Shown here one piece after another: positions 38,551-49,811 of a DNA stretch of 64,000 nucleotides; the first letter of the stretch is position 1; each line of letters starts with the position of its first letter. Where the stretch lies: the NCBI GenBank assembly GCA_017416425.1, contig JAFQCL010000021.1, positions 32,747-96,746 on the forward strand, read 5' to 3'. Source of the stretch: Clostridia bacterium. GTDB lineage: Bacteria; Bacillota; Clostridia; Christensenellales; CAG-138. A program made the position numbers and the translations under genes. Under the pieces are notes generated by a model. That model ran no database searches. It was not told the origin of the DNA and was given only the letters and a program-made list of their open reading frames with translations.

Positions 38551-39093
38551 CTACCTTTCCTTTTTTAGTATGATAGCGATAACATGTGGAAAATTTACAT
38601 GAAATATTCCACTTATAGAAATGAAAAACTGCGGTTTTACAAAACTCGGCATTATACGAACAAAAATGCCCTCTGAAGATTTAAAAAAAGCGGCGGCTGC
38701 CGAATAGAATGCCGAGGATACAATGCTGCATGCTGCAATGGATGCGGGTGCGTCACCGGTATCGATAGTACCTTCTATGTCGAGCTTATGCGGCTTTATA
38801 ACAGAGAGAAGTCTATAAAGCCTGGGCCTTTTATCGTGAGGGTTATTGCGTCTGTTTTTTTTAGCGGGATATAGCCTTTTTTTTGTAAATGGGGCAAAGA
38901 GCATCACGTTTAATTTGTTTTCGGCCAGTGAAGCATCCATATCGATATGAAGTATTCTAATTGAGAACAAGGTGAAAAGCTTTATACTAAGAAGCGCATT
39001 AGTACCCGAAATTTTGGCGTCAAGCGTGATCTTTCCGCCAAGTATTGTGCATACTATGGATATAAGGAGTATTACAAGCAGGGCTATATTCAT
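38551..39093 (-). CDS. Hypothetical protein, possibly YtfI/DUF2953-like
   Basis: N-terminal TM, TGDA motif, position upstream of ytfJ. Confidence 0.5.
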   Translation of the reverse strand: MNIALLVILLISIVCTILGGKITLDAKISGTNALLSIKLFTLFSIRILHIDMDASLAENKLNVMLFAPFTKKRLYPAKKNRRNNPHDKRPRLYRLLSVIKPHKLDIEGTIDTGDAPASIAACSIVSSAFYSAAAAFFKSSEGIFVRIMPSFVKPQFFISISGIFHVNFPHVIAIILKKER

Positions 39094-39360
39094 ACGGCTA
39101 CCTCATATCGATTTTATTTACACGATATGGTAAATCTTATCGTGCTTATATGATTATTGGATGAAACGCTTTAATATATACTGATCTTATTTGACGATTG
39201 CTGGTGTATAGCTGAAAAATCTGACGAAACTTAAAAATCGATCAAAGTATAGCTGTTAAAAAGGTAGTATTAGCTGATATCTTAAAACTCACGCTTCTTG
39301 TGTTTGGCGTAAAAAATGGTATAATAATGATAAATATTAAACGAATCGAGGTGATATCCG

Positions 39361-40401
39361 ATGGCAAAAGAGCTGCCGCTTACGCAGATGACTGCCGCTG
39401 CCGGTTGAGCAGCAAAATTAGGGCCGGGGGCCCTTACCGAAATATTGAAGGATCTTCCGAATCTTAGGAACGATGACCTTCTTGTGGGTTACGACAGCAG
39501 CGATGATGCCTGCGTCTATCGTATAAGCGATGATCTTGCGGTTATCCAGACTGTGGATTTTTTCACACCGATAGTTGATGATCCTTATATGTTTGGTCAG
39601 ATAGCGGCCGCGAATGCTTTAAGTGATGTATATGCTATGGGCGGCAAACCGCATCTTGCTATGAATCTGTTATGTGTACCCGGGTGTCTTTCAAATGATA
39701 CAATCAGAAAAATACTTGAAGGCGGACATGATAAAGCCCTTGAAGCCGGCTGTGTTGTTGCCGGTGGGCATACTATTCGCGACAATGAGCCAAAATATGG
39801 GCTTTGCGTAATGGGCTTTGTGCATCCGGATAGTATTTTAAAGAACGTGGGCGCAAGACCGGGCGATGTACTCATACTTACAAAGCCGCTTGGAACGGGT
39901 ATTTTGACGACCGGCGCAAAGAGAAACGTAACATCAAATGGGGACTTTGTTGCTGCGGTGGATTGTATGGCAACACTTAACGCTAAGTCAGCCTCCGATG
40001 TGATCGGGATGAAGCATGTTCACGCCTGTACCGACATAACGGGCTTTGGTCTTTTAGGGCATGGCTTTGAGATGGCCTTTGGCAGCGATGTTACAATACG
40101 CATAGATACAGTAGCGCTTCCGCTGCTTTCCGGGGCTTTAGAGCTTTCCAGAACGGGCATATTGCCGGGCGGCGCATCTCGCAACATGGATCATGTGAAG
40201 CCGCATATAAAAGTGCTTCCCGGTGTAGATCAGGCGCTTGTGGATATATGCGCGGATCCACAGACCTCAGGCGGCTTGTTGGTTGCGCTTCCAGAGGATG
40301 AAGCAGCTTTACTGCTTAAAAAGCTGCATCTTCATGCACCAAAAAGCGCTATCGTCGGCCGTGTAGAGGAAAAGGGAGAATTTTCGCTGATACTACAGTA
40401 A
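39361..40401 (+). CDS. selD: Selenophosphate synthetase, selenoprotein (UGA at codon 16, 39406-39408)
   Basis: GAGGTG SD, ATG 39361, MAKELPLTQMTAAAG-U-AAKLGP in frame with 39445 ORF; DDAC, TVDFFTP, GGHT, TDITGFGLLGH, DPQTSGGLL. Confidence 0.96.
39419..39436 (+). promoter_or_regulatory. Putative bacterial SECIS hairpin
   Basis: AGGGCC-GGG-GGCCCT stem-loop starting about 11 nt after the UGA. Confidence 0.65.
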
Positions 40402-40420
40402 AAACATTATTTTCGCATAC

Positions 40421-40474
40421 TTTTTGGGGACTGTGCGTTTGCTCAGAGCCTTTTGGGCGTGCAGCCCCCAAAAA
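40421..40474. terminator. Hairpin between convergent selD and selC
   Basis: TTTTTGGGGACTG...CAGCCCCCAAAAA inverted repeat. Confidence 0.5.
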
Positions 40475-40496
40475 GAACACCCTGATACCTTGTTTT

Positions 40497-40593
40497 TGGC
40501 GGGAATATGTGGGAATCGAACCCACCTAGGCAGTTTTTCACCACCATCACCGGTTTTGAAGACCGGGGGGTACACCGGTACCCATCTATTCCC
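40497..40593 (-). tRNA. selC: tRNA-Sec (UCA)
   Basis: CCGGT-CTTCAAA-ACCGG anticodon arm, 8-bp acceptor stem GGGAATA(G)/(A)TATTCCC region, long variable arm, GGTTCGATTCC, GCCA end; downstream of selAB. Confidence 0.96.
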
Positions 40594-40655
40594 AAGTTCG
40601 GTAAGGAATGGTAGCATAGCGCGTATAAAGGTGTCAAGTAAAATAAACGATTCTG

Positions 40656-42572
40656 TTATATGATGGCGGTGGAACAAAGCCGCCTGAAGTCTCCTTCCTT
40701 TTTTGTGATCCTTTCCCTGTCAAAATACTCAAGTACGGCGATAGCGTGATTTCTTGAGATCCCAATAAGACCGCGAAATTCAGCTAAAGTTAATGTATCA
40801 TGAGCAGCAAACCAGTCTGCAACTTGGATACGGATATTTTTAAAGGTATCCGCGTGATATATCACCTGACGTGAAAGCATGACAAGCTGTCCGCTTGATA
40901 TAAGGCTCTCAAGCACCTGCTTACAGTTATCTTTTTCATTAGGCGCAAATTTTTGAAATACTTCATCAGCACAAAGAGCATCAAGACCGGCATCTTTAAA
41001 CATTTTAAGCAGCTTTTCCCGAATACTCTGCTGCTTTTTCGTAAAACGCACTTCAAAATCATAAAGCGCGTATCGATCGGAAACTTTCTTGATCTTATCC
41101 TCTTTGATAAGCAGCTCAAGTATCGCATCGCATACTGCGATCTGAACCGATTGAAATAGCTTTTGCCTGAGCTCAGCAAGCCTTATACCGAAATGAAGCG
41201 GATTATCAGCGTGATATCTTTCCAATATACTGCGGCAATTTGCATAAGCAATATCAAGCGTTTTGGCTGCCATAAATCTATCGGGTAAGACCTCCAAAAC
41301 CTTTCCGCTGCCGGTGAGATCCTGAAGCCTTTCTTCAAGTACATCCTCGTTCATGCTAAGCCTATCGGCAAGCTGCTTTTTTGTTATGAGGGCAAACTTA
41401 AGCTCCGAAAGCATCTGCATAATGCGCTCATCACCCGAGCCACTTTCTTTGATTTGAAGTGAATCTATAATAGCATTGTCATTATGCTTGTGCTTTTTCG
41501 GAGCCGCATCGAGTATTATGCCTCCGCCTATCGTTTCAAGCGGGGAATAGAAGCGTATCACGAATCTGTCCCCATTTTTTGCCGCGAGCGGCTCTGTCAG
41601 ACGGAGCTGGGCATAGGCGCTTTCGCCCGGTTTAAGCTCATCCTTGCCCAGCAGAACTATTTTGCTTAAAACGACGTTTGATCCGTGATAAAGATGCACC
41701 AAAGAACCATTTTTTATTACTCGCCGTGAATTTGAAAGGCTTAAAAGCTTAACGTCAAGCATTTGTGTTATATGTACGCTGCCAGGTTTTACAACTACAT
41801 TGCCGCGTTTTATATCGGTTTTTTTTATGCCCGCAAGATTTATGGCAACACGCTGACCTGCATAGGCGATTTTTACGTCACTTCCATGCACCTGAATATT
41901 ACGTATCTTAGCGCCAAGCCCCGATGGAGCTACTTCTATCGTGTCATCCTCATGTATAAAGCCCTCGATCAGTGTTCCGGTTACGACTGTGCCAAATCCG
42001 TCTACGGAAAATACACGGTCTATGGGAAGACGAAAGGGTATCCTTATATCCTTCTTTGCAGCGGCAAGCACCAGCTTAGAAAGCTCATCACGCAGCTTTA
42101 CGATACCGCTGCCTGTGTGCGCCGATACGGGTAATATGGGTTTATCTTCAAGGAATGTGCCTCTTACATGCTCCTTTATGTCATCCGTAAGCATAGCCAG
42201 CCATTCGGGATCTACAATATCGGTCTTTGTTATAACAACAAGACCGTCATTTATGCCAAGAAGACTCAGTATCCCCATGTGCTCTACGGTCTGAGGCATG
42301 AAGCCCTCATCGGCGGCTACCACAAGCATCGCAAGGTCAATGCCGCCCGCGCCCGCCAGCATATTTTTGATAAACTTCTCATGCCCCGGTACATCGATTA
42401 TGCCCGCCCTTGTTCCATCTTCAAAATCAATGTGTGCAAAACCAAGCTCAATAGTAATGCCTCTGGTTTTTTCGTCCTGTAAGCGATCGGTGTCTATACC
42501 GGTAAGCGCCTTTATGAGCATGGTTTTACCGTGATCGACATGTCCTGCAGTACCGATGATCACATTCTTCAT
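40656..42572 (-). CDS. selB: Selenocysteine-specific elongation factor
   Basis: [29 protein letters not shown]-terminal winged helices [13 protein letters not shown]. Confidence 0.97.
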   Translation of the reverse strand: MKNVIIGTAGHVDHGKTMLIKALTGIDTDRLQDEKTRGITIELGFAHIDFEDGTRAGIIDVPGHEKFIKNMLAGAGGIDLAMLVVAADEGFMPQTVEHMGILSLLGINDGLVVITKTDIVDPEWLAMLTDDIKEHVRGTFLEDKPILPVSAHTGSGIVKLRDELSKLVLAAAKKDIRIPFRLPIDRVFSVDGFGTVVTGTLIEGFIHEDDTIEVAPSGLGAKIRNIQVHGSDVKIAYAGQRVAINLAGIKKTDIKRGNVVVKPGSVHITQMLDVKLLSLSNSRRVIKNGSLVHLYHGSNVVLSKIVLLGKDELKPGESAYAQLRLTEPLAAKNGDRFVIRFYSPLETIGGGIILDAAPKKHKHNDNAIIDSLQIKESGSGDERIMQMLSELKFALITKKQLADRLSMNEDVLEERLQDLTGSGKVLEVLPDRFMAAKTLDIAYANCRSILERYHADNPLHFGIRLAELRQKLFQSVQIAVCDAILELLIKEDKIKKVSDRYALYDFEVRFTKKQQSIREKLLKMFKDAGLDALCADEVFQKFAPNEKDNCKQVLESLISSGQLVMLSRQVIYHADTFKNIRIQVADWFAAHDTLTLAEFRGLIGISRNHAIAVLEYFDRERITKKEGDFRRLCSTAII

Positions 42573-43948
42573 CGCGCATATGCTCCTATCATTTCAGCGA
42601 TATAAGAAAAATCTTCATCCCAAAGCGTCCGTACATCAAGAAGGTATCTATCGCTTGTTATACGCCCTATTATGGGTCTTTCAAGGCCTCTTAACGCCTG
42701 CTCAAGCGCGTTTACACTGCATGCAGCGGGCATGATCGCAACTACATAAGCAGGAAGAAGCTGGCATGGTACGCTGCCTCCTCCAACATGGGTATTGTCT
42801 TCAATAATATCTGCGGAAAGATTTCTTTGTTGCAGCATCGTGCAGAGTTTTTCGGCTCGATTTTTAAGCTCATAGGGCGATGCGGTAAGCATGCGTAGGG
42901 TAGGTATCGTTAAAAGGGCTGATCTTGGGTCAAGGTAACTTCTAAGAGTAGCTTCAAGCGCGGCAAGCGTCATCTTGTCCACGCGAACGGCTCGCGCAAG
43001 GGGATGGGACTTCAGTTTTTCGATGTAGCGCGCTTTTCCCACTATGACACCGGCCTGAGGACCGCCAAGGAGCTTATCACCGCTGAAGCTTACTATATCG
43101 ACGCCTGCTTCTATACTATCCTTTACAGTAGGTTCGTCATGTATGCCAAAGGGTCTGAGGTCGATAAGAGAGCCTGAGCCTAAATCTTGTATAAGCGGTA
43201 TATCATTTTTATGGGCAAGGTCTGAAAGCTCGCAAAGAGGCACGCTTTGTGTGAAGCCCACTATACGGAAATTGCTCGTGTGTACCTTTAAAAGCGCCTT
43301 TGTATCAGGACGTATAGCTATTGAAAAATCACGAAGATGCGTCTTATTTGTAGTTCCTACCTCATGAAGGCGGCAGGCGCACTGCTCCATTATTTCCGGC
43401 ATGCGAAACGAACCGCCTATTTCAACAAGTTCACCTCTTGAGATCACGACTTCGCCGCCGGATCCTATCGCACTTAATATTAGCAGCACCGCCGCAGCGT
43501 TGTTATTTACAACGATCGCGCTTTCAGCGCCGGTGAGCTTGCAAAGAAGGGCTTCGATATGGCTGTGTCTTGAGCCGCGTGAGCCGGAGGCAACATTATA
43601 TTCAAGCGTAGAGTATCGCTTTGCCGCGATATACGCGGCATTTGCCGCTTCATCGGAGAGACAAGCCCTGCCGAGATTGGTGTGAAGTATCACTCCTGTG
43701 CCGTTTATTACCTCTCTGAGGTTTAAAAGGGATTCTTTTTTTAAAAGTATTTTTAGCTCTGATATAATGGCTTCCATAGAGGGTAGGCTCATTATATCGC
43801 CCCTTAAAATTCCATCTCGCAGCTCATTGATGTATGTTCTTGTAAGTTCGGTGATAAGAGCGGAAGAAACATGTGGAACTTCCTTTTCAAAGCGGCGCAG
43901 AATATCGTCTATCTTGGGTATATTGCGAAGCAGCGCGTGCCTTTCCAT
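42569..43948 (-). CDS. selA: L-seryl-tRNA(Sec) selenium transferase
   Basis: VINGTGVILHTNLGRA, VNNNAAAV, EIGGSFR, FSGDKLLGGPQAG. Confidence 0.97.
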   Translation of the reverse strand: MERHALLRNIPKIDDILRRFEKEVPHVSSALITELTRTYINELRDGILRGDIMSLPSMEAIISELKILLKKESLLNLREVINGTGVILHTNLGRACLSDEAANAAYIAAKRYSTLEYNVASGSRGSRHSHIEALLCKLTGAESAIVVNNNAAAVLLILSAIGSGGEVVISRGELVEIGGSFRMPEIMEQCACRLHEVGTTNKTHLRDFSIAIRPDTKALLKVHTSNFRIVGFTQSVPLCELSDLAHKNDIPLIQDLGSGSLIDLRPFGIHDEPTVKDSIEAGVDIVSFSGDKLLGGPQAGVIVGKARYIEKLKSHPLARAVRVDKMTLAALEATLRSYLDPRSALLTIPTLRMLTASPYELKNRAEKLCTMLQQRNLSADIIEDNTHVGGGSVPCQLLPAYVVAIMPAACSVNALEQALRGLERPIIGRITSDRYLLDVRTLWDEDFSYIAEMIGAYAR

Positions 43949-44230
43949 CTACATCTCTCCAATAAAAGTCTATTTATGTTATTATACATCATGTGATCAC
44001 GATTTTAAAGCTTGCTTTTTGTGTCGTTGCGGGTTAGATGAAGTCTTTTTATAAACAAATCGCAATAAAGCTCTTTTCAAAAAGCATTCTAAGTATTAAA
44101 ATTGAAGAAAAAGAATAATTTCGGTTAAAATAATCATAGAACGATATAACTGTTTTGGCCATAGTCGAAATAGCTTTAGCTTTGATAATTAATGACCGAG
44201 TTATGTTAACATTTAGGAGCTAAGTTAAAA

Positions 44231-45175
44231 ATGAACAAAGTTTATGATCTGATAATTCTTGGCGCAGGGCCTGCCGGTCTTTCTGCCGGGCTTTATGCGG
44301 GACGCGCCCAGATGTCCGCACTGATAATTGAAAAGGGTCAGGATGGCGGACAGATAGCGCTTACAAATGAAATTGAAAACTATCCCGGAGCGCAGCTTGA
44401 GGGCGAGTCGGGGCTTTCACTTATCGAAAGGATGAGCGCTCAGGTGAAAAAATTTGGCACAGGCCGCGTATCCGATATTATCGAAAGCGTTGAGCTTTCG
44501 GGCGATATCAAGACACTTATTGGAAGTCATGGTGAATACAAGGCGAAAACGGTCATAGTAGCGACAGGCGCATCCCCAAGGCCTATCGGCTGCAAAAACG
44601 AAGAGAAATTCATTGGCAGGGGAATTTCCTATTGTGCTACCTGCGATGCTAATTTCTTCAGGGGGCTTGAGGTATATGTAGTGGGCGGCGGTGATTCCGC
44701 AGTTGAGGAAGCGCTTTATCTTGCAAAGGTCGCCCGCAAGGTCACTATAATACATCGCCGTGATGAGCTTCGTGCGGCAAAATCCATACAGGAGAAGGCA
44801 TTTGCGAATGATAAGATAGCTTTCCTTTGGGACACCGTTATTGAGGAAGTATGCGGAGACGAGCTTTTGGACAGCATGACAGTTAAAAATGTGAAGACCG
44901 GGGAACTTAAAAAGATAGCGGCTGATCCTGAGGACGGTTTATTCGGGTTATTTGTGTTTATAGGGTATAACCCAAATTCAAAGCTGTTTGATGGCATACT
45001 TAATATGGAAAATGGCTATTTGATAACTGATGCTGATATGCATACGAATATCCCGGGCGTATTCGCGGCGGGGGATATCAGGAAAAAATCCTTGCGTCAG
45101 GTCGTGACCGCTGTTGCGGATGGCGCAATCGCTGCAACGCAGGCCGAAAAGTACATAGATGCCATGGAACTTTAA
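44231..45175 (+). CDS. trxB: Thioredoxin reductase
   Basis: GAGPAG, CATC, GGGDSA, HRRD, FAAGD. Confidence 0.95.
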   Translation: MNKVYDLIILGAGPAGLSAGLYAGRAQMSALIIEKGQDGGQIALTNEIENYPGAQLEGESGLSLIERMSAQVKKFGTGRVSDIIESVELSGDIKTLIGSHGEYKAKTVIVATGASPRPIGCKNEEKFIGRGISYCATCDANFFRGLEVYVVGGGDSAVEEALYLAKVARKVTIIHRRDELRAAKSIQEKAFANDKIAFLWDTVIEEVCGDELLDSMTVKNVKTGELKKIAADPEDGLFGLFVFIGYNPNSKLFDGILNMENGYLITDADMHTNIPGVFAAGDIRKKSLRQVVTAVADGAIAATQAEKYIDAMEL

Positions 45176-45337
45176 GCGAATAAGCTTCTATTGAGATATT
45201 TTTATATAGTAACTGTGACGATACCTCATAAGGCAGCTTGAGGTATTGTTTTTTGTACGTTTATTATAAATTTGCTTTACAATTTAAGGGGTTTATGCTA
45301 TGCTGATATCAAATATAAAGGAACAAATGAGCGATTC

Positions 45338-47572
45338 ATGAGTATTGAAACTATTTATGGTACGGTAACGGCAATACGCTATTTTAAGCAAGGTTCACTT
45401 TGGCGTGTGTTCTTATTTGACACAGGGCGCGGAAGACCCATAAAAGCTGTTGGCTCCACACCGCCCATCGAGGTGGGGGATTATTTAAAGCTTACAGGAG
45501 AATTTGAGAAGAATGAAAGGCATGGCGACCAGTTTACGATCGTACATGCCGAAAAATCGGAGCCCACACGAAAAAATGCGGTATACAATTATCTTGCGGG
45601 CGGCGCGCTTCGCGGTGTTGGGGAGGCTACTGCAAAGCTTCTTATCGAGCATTTTGGCGAGGAGGCGCTCTTTATAATAGAGCATGAACCTCATAGACTG
45701 ATAGAGATATCGGGAATTGGCGATAAAAGGAGCAGCGCCATTCACGAAGCCTACATGGAACAGCGTGATGAGGTTGATAGGCATATAGAGCTTCAGCAGC
45801 TTGGTCTGATGCCGCTTCAGATAGTTAAGGTAAAGGAAAAATACGGAGATGACTGCGTAAAGCTTATATACGAAAACCCATATAGACTTATCTCGGATTT
45901 TGAGGGGATAGGCTTTATAACAGCGGACAAGATTGCGCAAAAGGCGGGGGTCGAGCATGACTCAAGGCAGCGGATAATGGCGTATATAGGCTTTCTTCTT
46001 GGCGAGGCAAGGGGGCAGGGCAGCACATATATCCCCATGGAGCAGCTTATAAACGGAGCTGCGAAAGGTCTATGTGTGGATGTGCAATTGACCGAATACG
46101 CACTTGAGTCCATGATCGCCGCCGGAGAGCTTAACGCCTGTATGTTGGACGAGGAATATGTGGTGTTTTTGCCGTATCTTTATGCTTGTGAGAAAAATTG
46201 CGCAAACAGGCTTGCTCTTCTTGTGGGGGATAGGCGTTTGCCGTTTAATATAGATATTGACCAGGAAATAGACCTGCTTGAGGAGCATTTTAAAATAACT
46301 CTTGCAGAGAAACAGCGCATTGCCGTTAAAATGGCGCTTACACAGGGCGTTTTGGTCATAACGGGAGGCCCCGGTACGGGAAAGACAACAATACTTAGAT
46401 TTATAATAGGCATAATGCAGCGTTTATCGCTTGATTTTGAGCTTTGCGCGCCAACGGGCAGGGCGGCGAAGCGTATGAGCGAGGCTACGGGTATCTCTGC
46501 GAGGACTATACACCGCATGTTGGAATCAAACGGAAAGGAGTTTGGAAGAAACACGGAAAATCCGCTTTTTACCGATATGATAATAGTGGACGAAATGTCG
46601 ATGGTGGATATTTCGCTGTTCAGCGCCCTGCTAAAGGCGCTTACTCCCGAGACAAGGCTTATAATGGTGGGCGATTCGGATCAGCTTCCGTCCGTGGGTC
46701 CGGGTAATGTGCTTTCAGATATAATCGAATGCGATAGGATCCCTTTGATCCGTCTGAATGAGATATTCAGGCAGAGCGGTCAAAGCAGCATTATCGTAAA
46801 CGCCCATATCATAAACCGAGGGGAGCATCCCGAGCTTACATCTAAAGACAGGGAATTTTGCTTTGAGCCTATGGACAGCGTGGAGGCGGTATGCAGGCGC
46901 ATATGCAGTTTATGTACGGATGAAAAATACGCGGCGCTTTTTGATTGCGGGCAGGATGAGATACAGGTACTTACTCCGATGAAGGATGGCATACTTGGCG
47001 TGAATGAGCTTAATATTTGCCTGCAAAGGGCTATGAATCCAAGAGATCCCTATAAGCATGAGCGTGAATACGGCGAAAACACTATATTCAGAGAGGGCGA
47101 CAAGGTGATGCAGACCAAGAATAACTACGGTATGCAATGGAAGCTCGTGCAGGATGGCGTTATGGTCGATGAAGGCGCAGGTGTATTCAACGGAGACCTT
47201 GGAACGATCTTAACCATAGACAGATTGGGACAATACGTTTTGGTGCGATTTGACGATGGTCGTGAGGCTATGTACAGCTACTCGCAGCTTGAAGAGCTCA
47301 CGCATGCTTTTAGTATAACCATACACAAGAGCCAGGGCAGTGAATTTCCAGCTGTGATACTGCCCCTTGTACATGTAGCGCCAAGGCTCACAACGAGAAA
47401 TCTTATATATACAGCCATAACAAGAGCCAAAAAGCAGGTTTACATAATTGGAAAAAGGGAATGCGTATATGCAATGATAGATACACTTGATTCTCATAAG
47501 AGATATAGCGCATTATCCTTCTTTCTGGATGAATGCATGATGCTTACAGGCGAAAGGAGCTTTAAATATTGA
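45338..47572 (+). CDS. recD2: RecD2-like ATP-dependent helicase
   Basis: HhH region, GGPGTGKTT, APTGRAAKR, DEMSM, GDSDQLPSV, TIHKSQGSE, YTAITRAK. Confidence 0.92.
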   Translation: MSIETIYGTVTAIRYFKQGSLWRVFLFDTGRGRPIKAVGSTPPIEVGDYLKLTGEFEKNERHGDQFTIVHAEKSEPTRKNAVYNYLAGGALRGVGEATAKLLIEHFGEEALFIIEHEPHRLIEISGIGDKRSSAIHEAYMEQRDEVDRHIELQQLGLMPLQIVKVKEKYGDDCVKLIYENPYRLISDFEGIGFITADKIAQKAGVEHDSRQRIMAYIGFLLGEARGQGSTYIPMEQLINGAAKGLCVDVQLTEYALESMIAAGELNACMLDEEYVVFLPYLYACEKNCANRLALLVGDRRLPFNIDIDQEIDLLEEHFKITLAEKQRIAVKMALTQGVLVITGGPGTGKTTILRFIIGIMQRLSLDFELCAPTGRAAKRMSEATGISARTIHRMLESNGKEFGRNTENPLFTDMIIVDEMSMVDISLFSALLKALTPETRLIMVGDSDQLPSVGPGNVLSDIIECDRIPLIRLNEIFRQSGQSSIIVNAHIINRGEHPELTSKDREFCFEPMDSVEAVCRRICSLCTDEKYAALFDCGQDEIQVLTPMKDGILGVNELNICLQRAMNPRDPYKHEREYGENTIFREGDKVMQTKNNYGMQWKLVQDGVMVDEGAGVFNGDLGTILTIDRLGQYVLVRFDDGREAMYSYSQLEELTHAFSITIHKSQGSEFPAVILPLVHVAPRLTTRNLIYTAITRAKKQVYIIGKRECVYAMIDTLDSHKRYSALSFFLDECMMLTGERSFKY

Positions 47573-48234
47573 TGCGTTTTTTAAGGCGTTTTTTGGACGC
47601 ACTGTTTCCGATGGATTGTGTATGCAGTATCTGTGACTGTGAGGGAGCGCTTGATGAACATGGTCTTTGCTCTGATTGTGCCGATCAGATAAAATTAGAG
47701 CCCTTTAAGCGCATCGATATATCAAATATTACCTGTCTGATATCGTTCATCAGATATGATGATATAGCACGCAATTGTATACACAGATTTAAGTTTCAGG
47801 ATAAAAGGTATCTTGCCGACCTATTCGCGGGCTATATGCGAATACCGGAGGAGTGGAGCGCGGATGTTATAGTTCCTGTGCCTCTTCATACAAAAAGATT
47901 CCGGGAAAGAGGTTATAATCAGGCGGAGCTGCTCGCAAGGCGCATTTCAGAGAAAAGCGGAATACCGCTTGATAAAAAGCTGCTGTGTCGCATTAGAAAT
48001 ACTGAAAAGCAGTCCCTTACCGAATCGGCAGGGCTTAGAGCTTCAAATGTGATGGATGCATTTTTAGCAAGTAACGCGGCGGCCTGTCACAATATCATAC
48101 TCGTGGACGATGTATGCACAACGGGAAGCACCCTTTCCGAATGCGCAAAGGAGCTTAAGGGAAAGGGCGCTTATAATGTCTATGCGGTCACGGCATGCTA
48201 TGCGGGCATTTCAAAGTATGAAAGCGATTACTAA
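47569..48234 (+). CDS. comF: ComF family phosphoribosyltransferase-like protein
   Basis: N-terminal CxxC pairs, VPVPLH, RGYNQ, LVDDVCTTGST. Confidence 0.9.
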   Translation: MMRFLRRFLDALFPMDCVCSICDCEGALDEHGLCSDCADQIKLEPFKRIDISNITCLISFIRYDDIARNCIHRFKFQDKRYLADLFAGYMRIPEEWSADVIVPVPLHTKRFRERGYNQAELLARRISEKSGIPLDKKLLCRIRNTEKQSLTESAGLRASNVMDAFLASNAAACHNIILVDDVCTTGSTLSECAKELKGKGAYNVYAVTACYAGISKYESDY

Positions 48235-49571
48235 AGTGTAAGCTCATTTTTGAACAAAATGGCAGCCTGCGCTTTTTTTATTGAGGATAAAGTAAGTCCG
48301 CTCTCACTCTTTTCTATCGCCTCACAAAACGGAAGCAGCTTTTGTTCGTTGTAGTCCATATTAAGGCAGTTAAGACCGTCCTCGACCATGGCTGCAAAGT
48401 CGCCAAAGGCTATATAGCCAAGCTCTATTTCAAGGCTAAGTAAGGAGGAGGCCGGCTTATGCTCCATGGTGGCAGCTATGAGTATGTTCTTTGGAAGCAT
48501 GCTTGAGACCATGCCCAAAAGGGCGTCATCCGGCATATCGTCAAGCAATATCATAAAACGGAGGGGCTGCTTTGAAAGTCTGTCCATAAGCTTTGTAAAA
48601 GAACTGCGATCGAAGCTTTTTATTATAATAATACGAAGCTCGGGAAGCTCTTCCGCCAGGCTCAATACAAAGCTTGTTTTTCCATTGCCCCTGGGCCCGT
48701 ATATCGCCATATGATGAGGCGTTCGTCCTCTCATGAACGATACAAGATTGTTTAGAGCGCACTCGTATTCGGCTTGAGCATAGGGCCCAGGCAGCTTCTC
48801 AGGCTCTTCGATGGCGTGAAGAAATCCATTTTCATATGCTAAATAGCGTGAGCGAAGAAATACCCCGCTGCCATAGGAGGCGTGAAAATTCCATATGACA
48901 TCAACAAGCGCTCTCCAGTCATCGGTATCCATGAAGCGGTTATACATTTCGCTCAAAGCGTCATCGGCCACCATTTCATCGCGCAGCGCTGCTTCGCCAT
49001 AATGCAGCGCGGTCTGCTCTCCGGTAGGAAGCGTAACGGGTATCTGTATCCTGACAGAGGATGTGTCATTTGTGTCTATCTGCTTGGCGGTACCTCCGCC
49101 CCAGGCGGCAGTAGCAAGCGCCGCGGCGTTGTCCTTAAACTGACGGTTTTTGCTCTTTATATCCTGATGTCTATCGCTTATAAGCCTTAGCAGCGTTTCA
49201 TCATCAAGCGTGCTCAAGCTTTGCATTATGGAAAGTTCGCTGCGCATGGCCGCGTAAAGCGCTTCGTCCATCTCGCACCTGGCAGCCATGAGCGCAAATG
49301 GGTGCTCGCTTAAAAGAAGCAAATGCATTATCATGTCAAGTATAAGATCGCCGCTTACTCTTCTATAGCCGCCGCATATAAGGGCGCTTGCAAGAGCGTG
49401 ATAATCCGATATGCTTTTTTTTATATTTCCTTCATCAAGCGATTCGGAGAACTCCTTTAAGTGAAAAAGCGCTCCCTTTTCCAGCTCGCTTCTTAGTATG
49501 ACAAGACGAGTTATGTCCATTTTAAGCTTTGCTATGGCGCTGTTTGCAGACAGATCCCTATATCCGGGCAT
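48231..49571 (-). CDS. P-loop ATPase, DUF815-like (diverged)
   Basis: IYGPRGNGKTS, PLRFMILLDD; GGAGG SD before ATG 49571. Confidence 0.65.
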   Translation of the reverse strand: MPGYRDLSANSAIAKLKMDITRLVILRSELEKGALFHLKEFSESLDEGNIKKSISDYHALASALICGGYRRVSGDLILDMIMHLLLLSEHPFALMAARCEMDEALYAAMRSELSIMQSLSTLDDETLLRLISDRHQDIKSKNRQFKDNAAALATAAWGGGTAKQIDTNDTSSVRIQIPVTLPTGEQTALHYGEAALRDEMVADDALSEMYNRFMDTDDWRALVDVIWNFHASYGSGVFLRSRYLAYENGFLHAIEEPEKLPGPYAQAEYECALNNLVSFMRGRTPHHMAIYGPRGNGKTSFVLSLAEELPELRIIIIKSFDRSSFTKLMDRLSKQPLRFMILLDDMPDDALLGMVSSMLPKNILIAATMEHKPASSLLSLEIELGYIAFGDFAAMVEDGLNCLNMDYNEQKLLPFCEAIEKSESGLTLSSIKKAQAAILFKNELTL

Positions 49572-49811
49572 ATAACAAGACCTCCACATAGTTTTGGAAA
49601 ATTATATCATTATTGATACCGCCATTTCAAGACATGAGGCGATAAAAGGTTTGATCTTTGCTTTCCTTTGTGGGTGTGTTGCTTCTGACCTAATGTACAA
49701 AAGGCGGGATATATTTTATAAAAACACTTGTGCTGCGTATAATGAAATGGTATAATATACCTGAATGCATGATCGGATTTGTATGACACTGTTAAAACAG
49801 GAAGTAAACCC

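Noticed and set aside
40393-40677. Short ORFs (94, 79, 64 aa) between selD and selB
   Set aside because: They overlap tRNA-Sec and are spurious.
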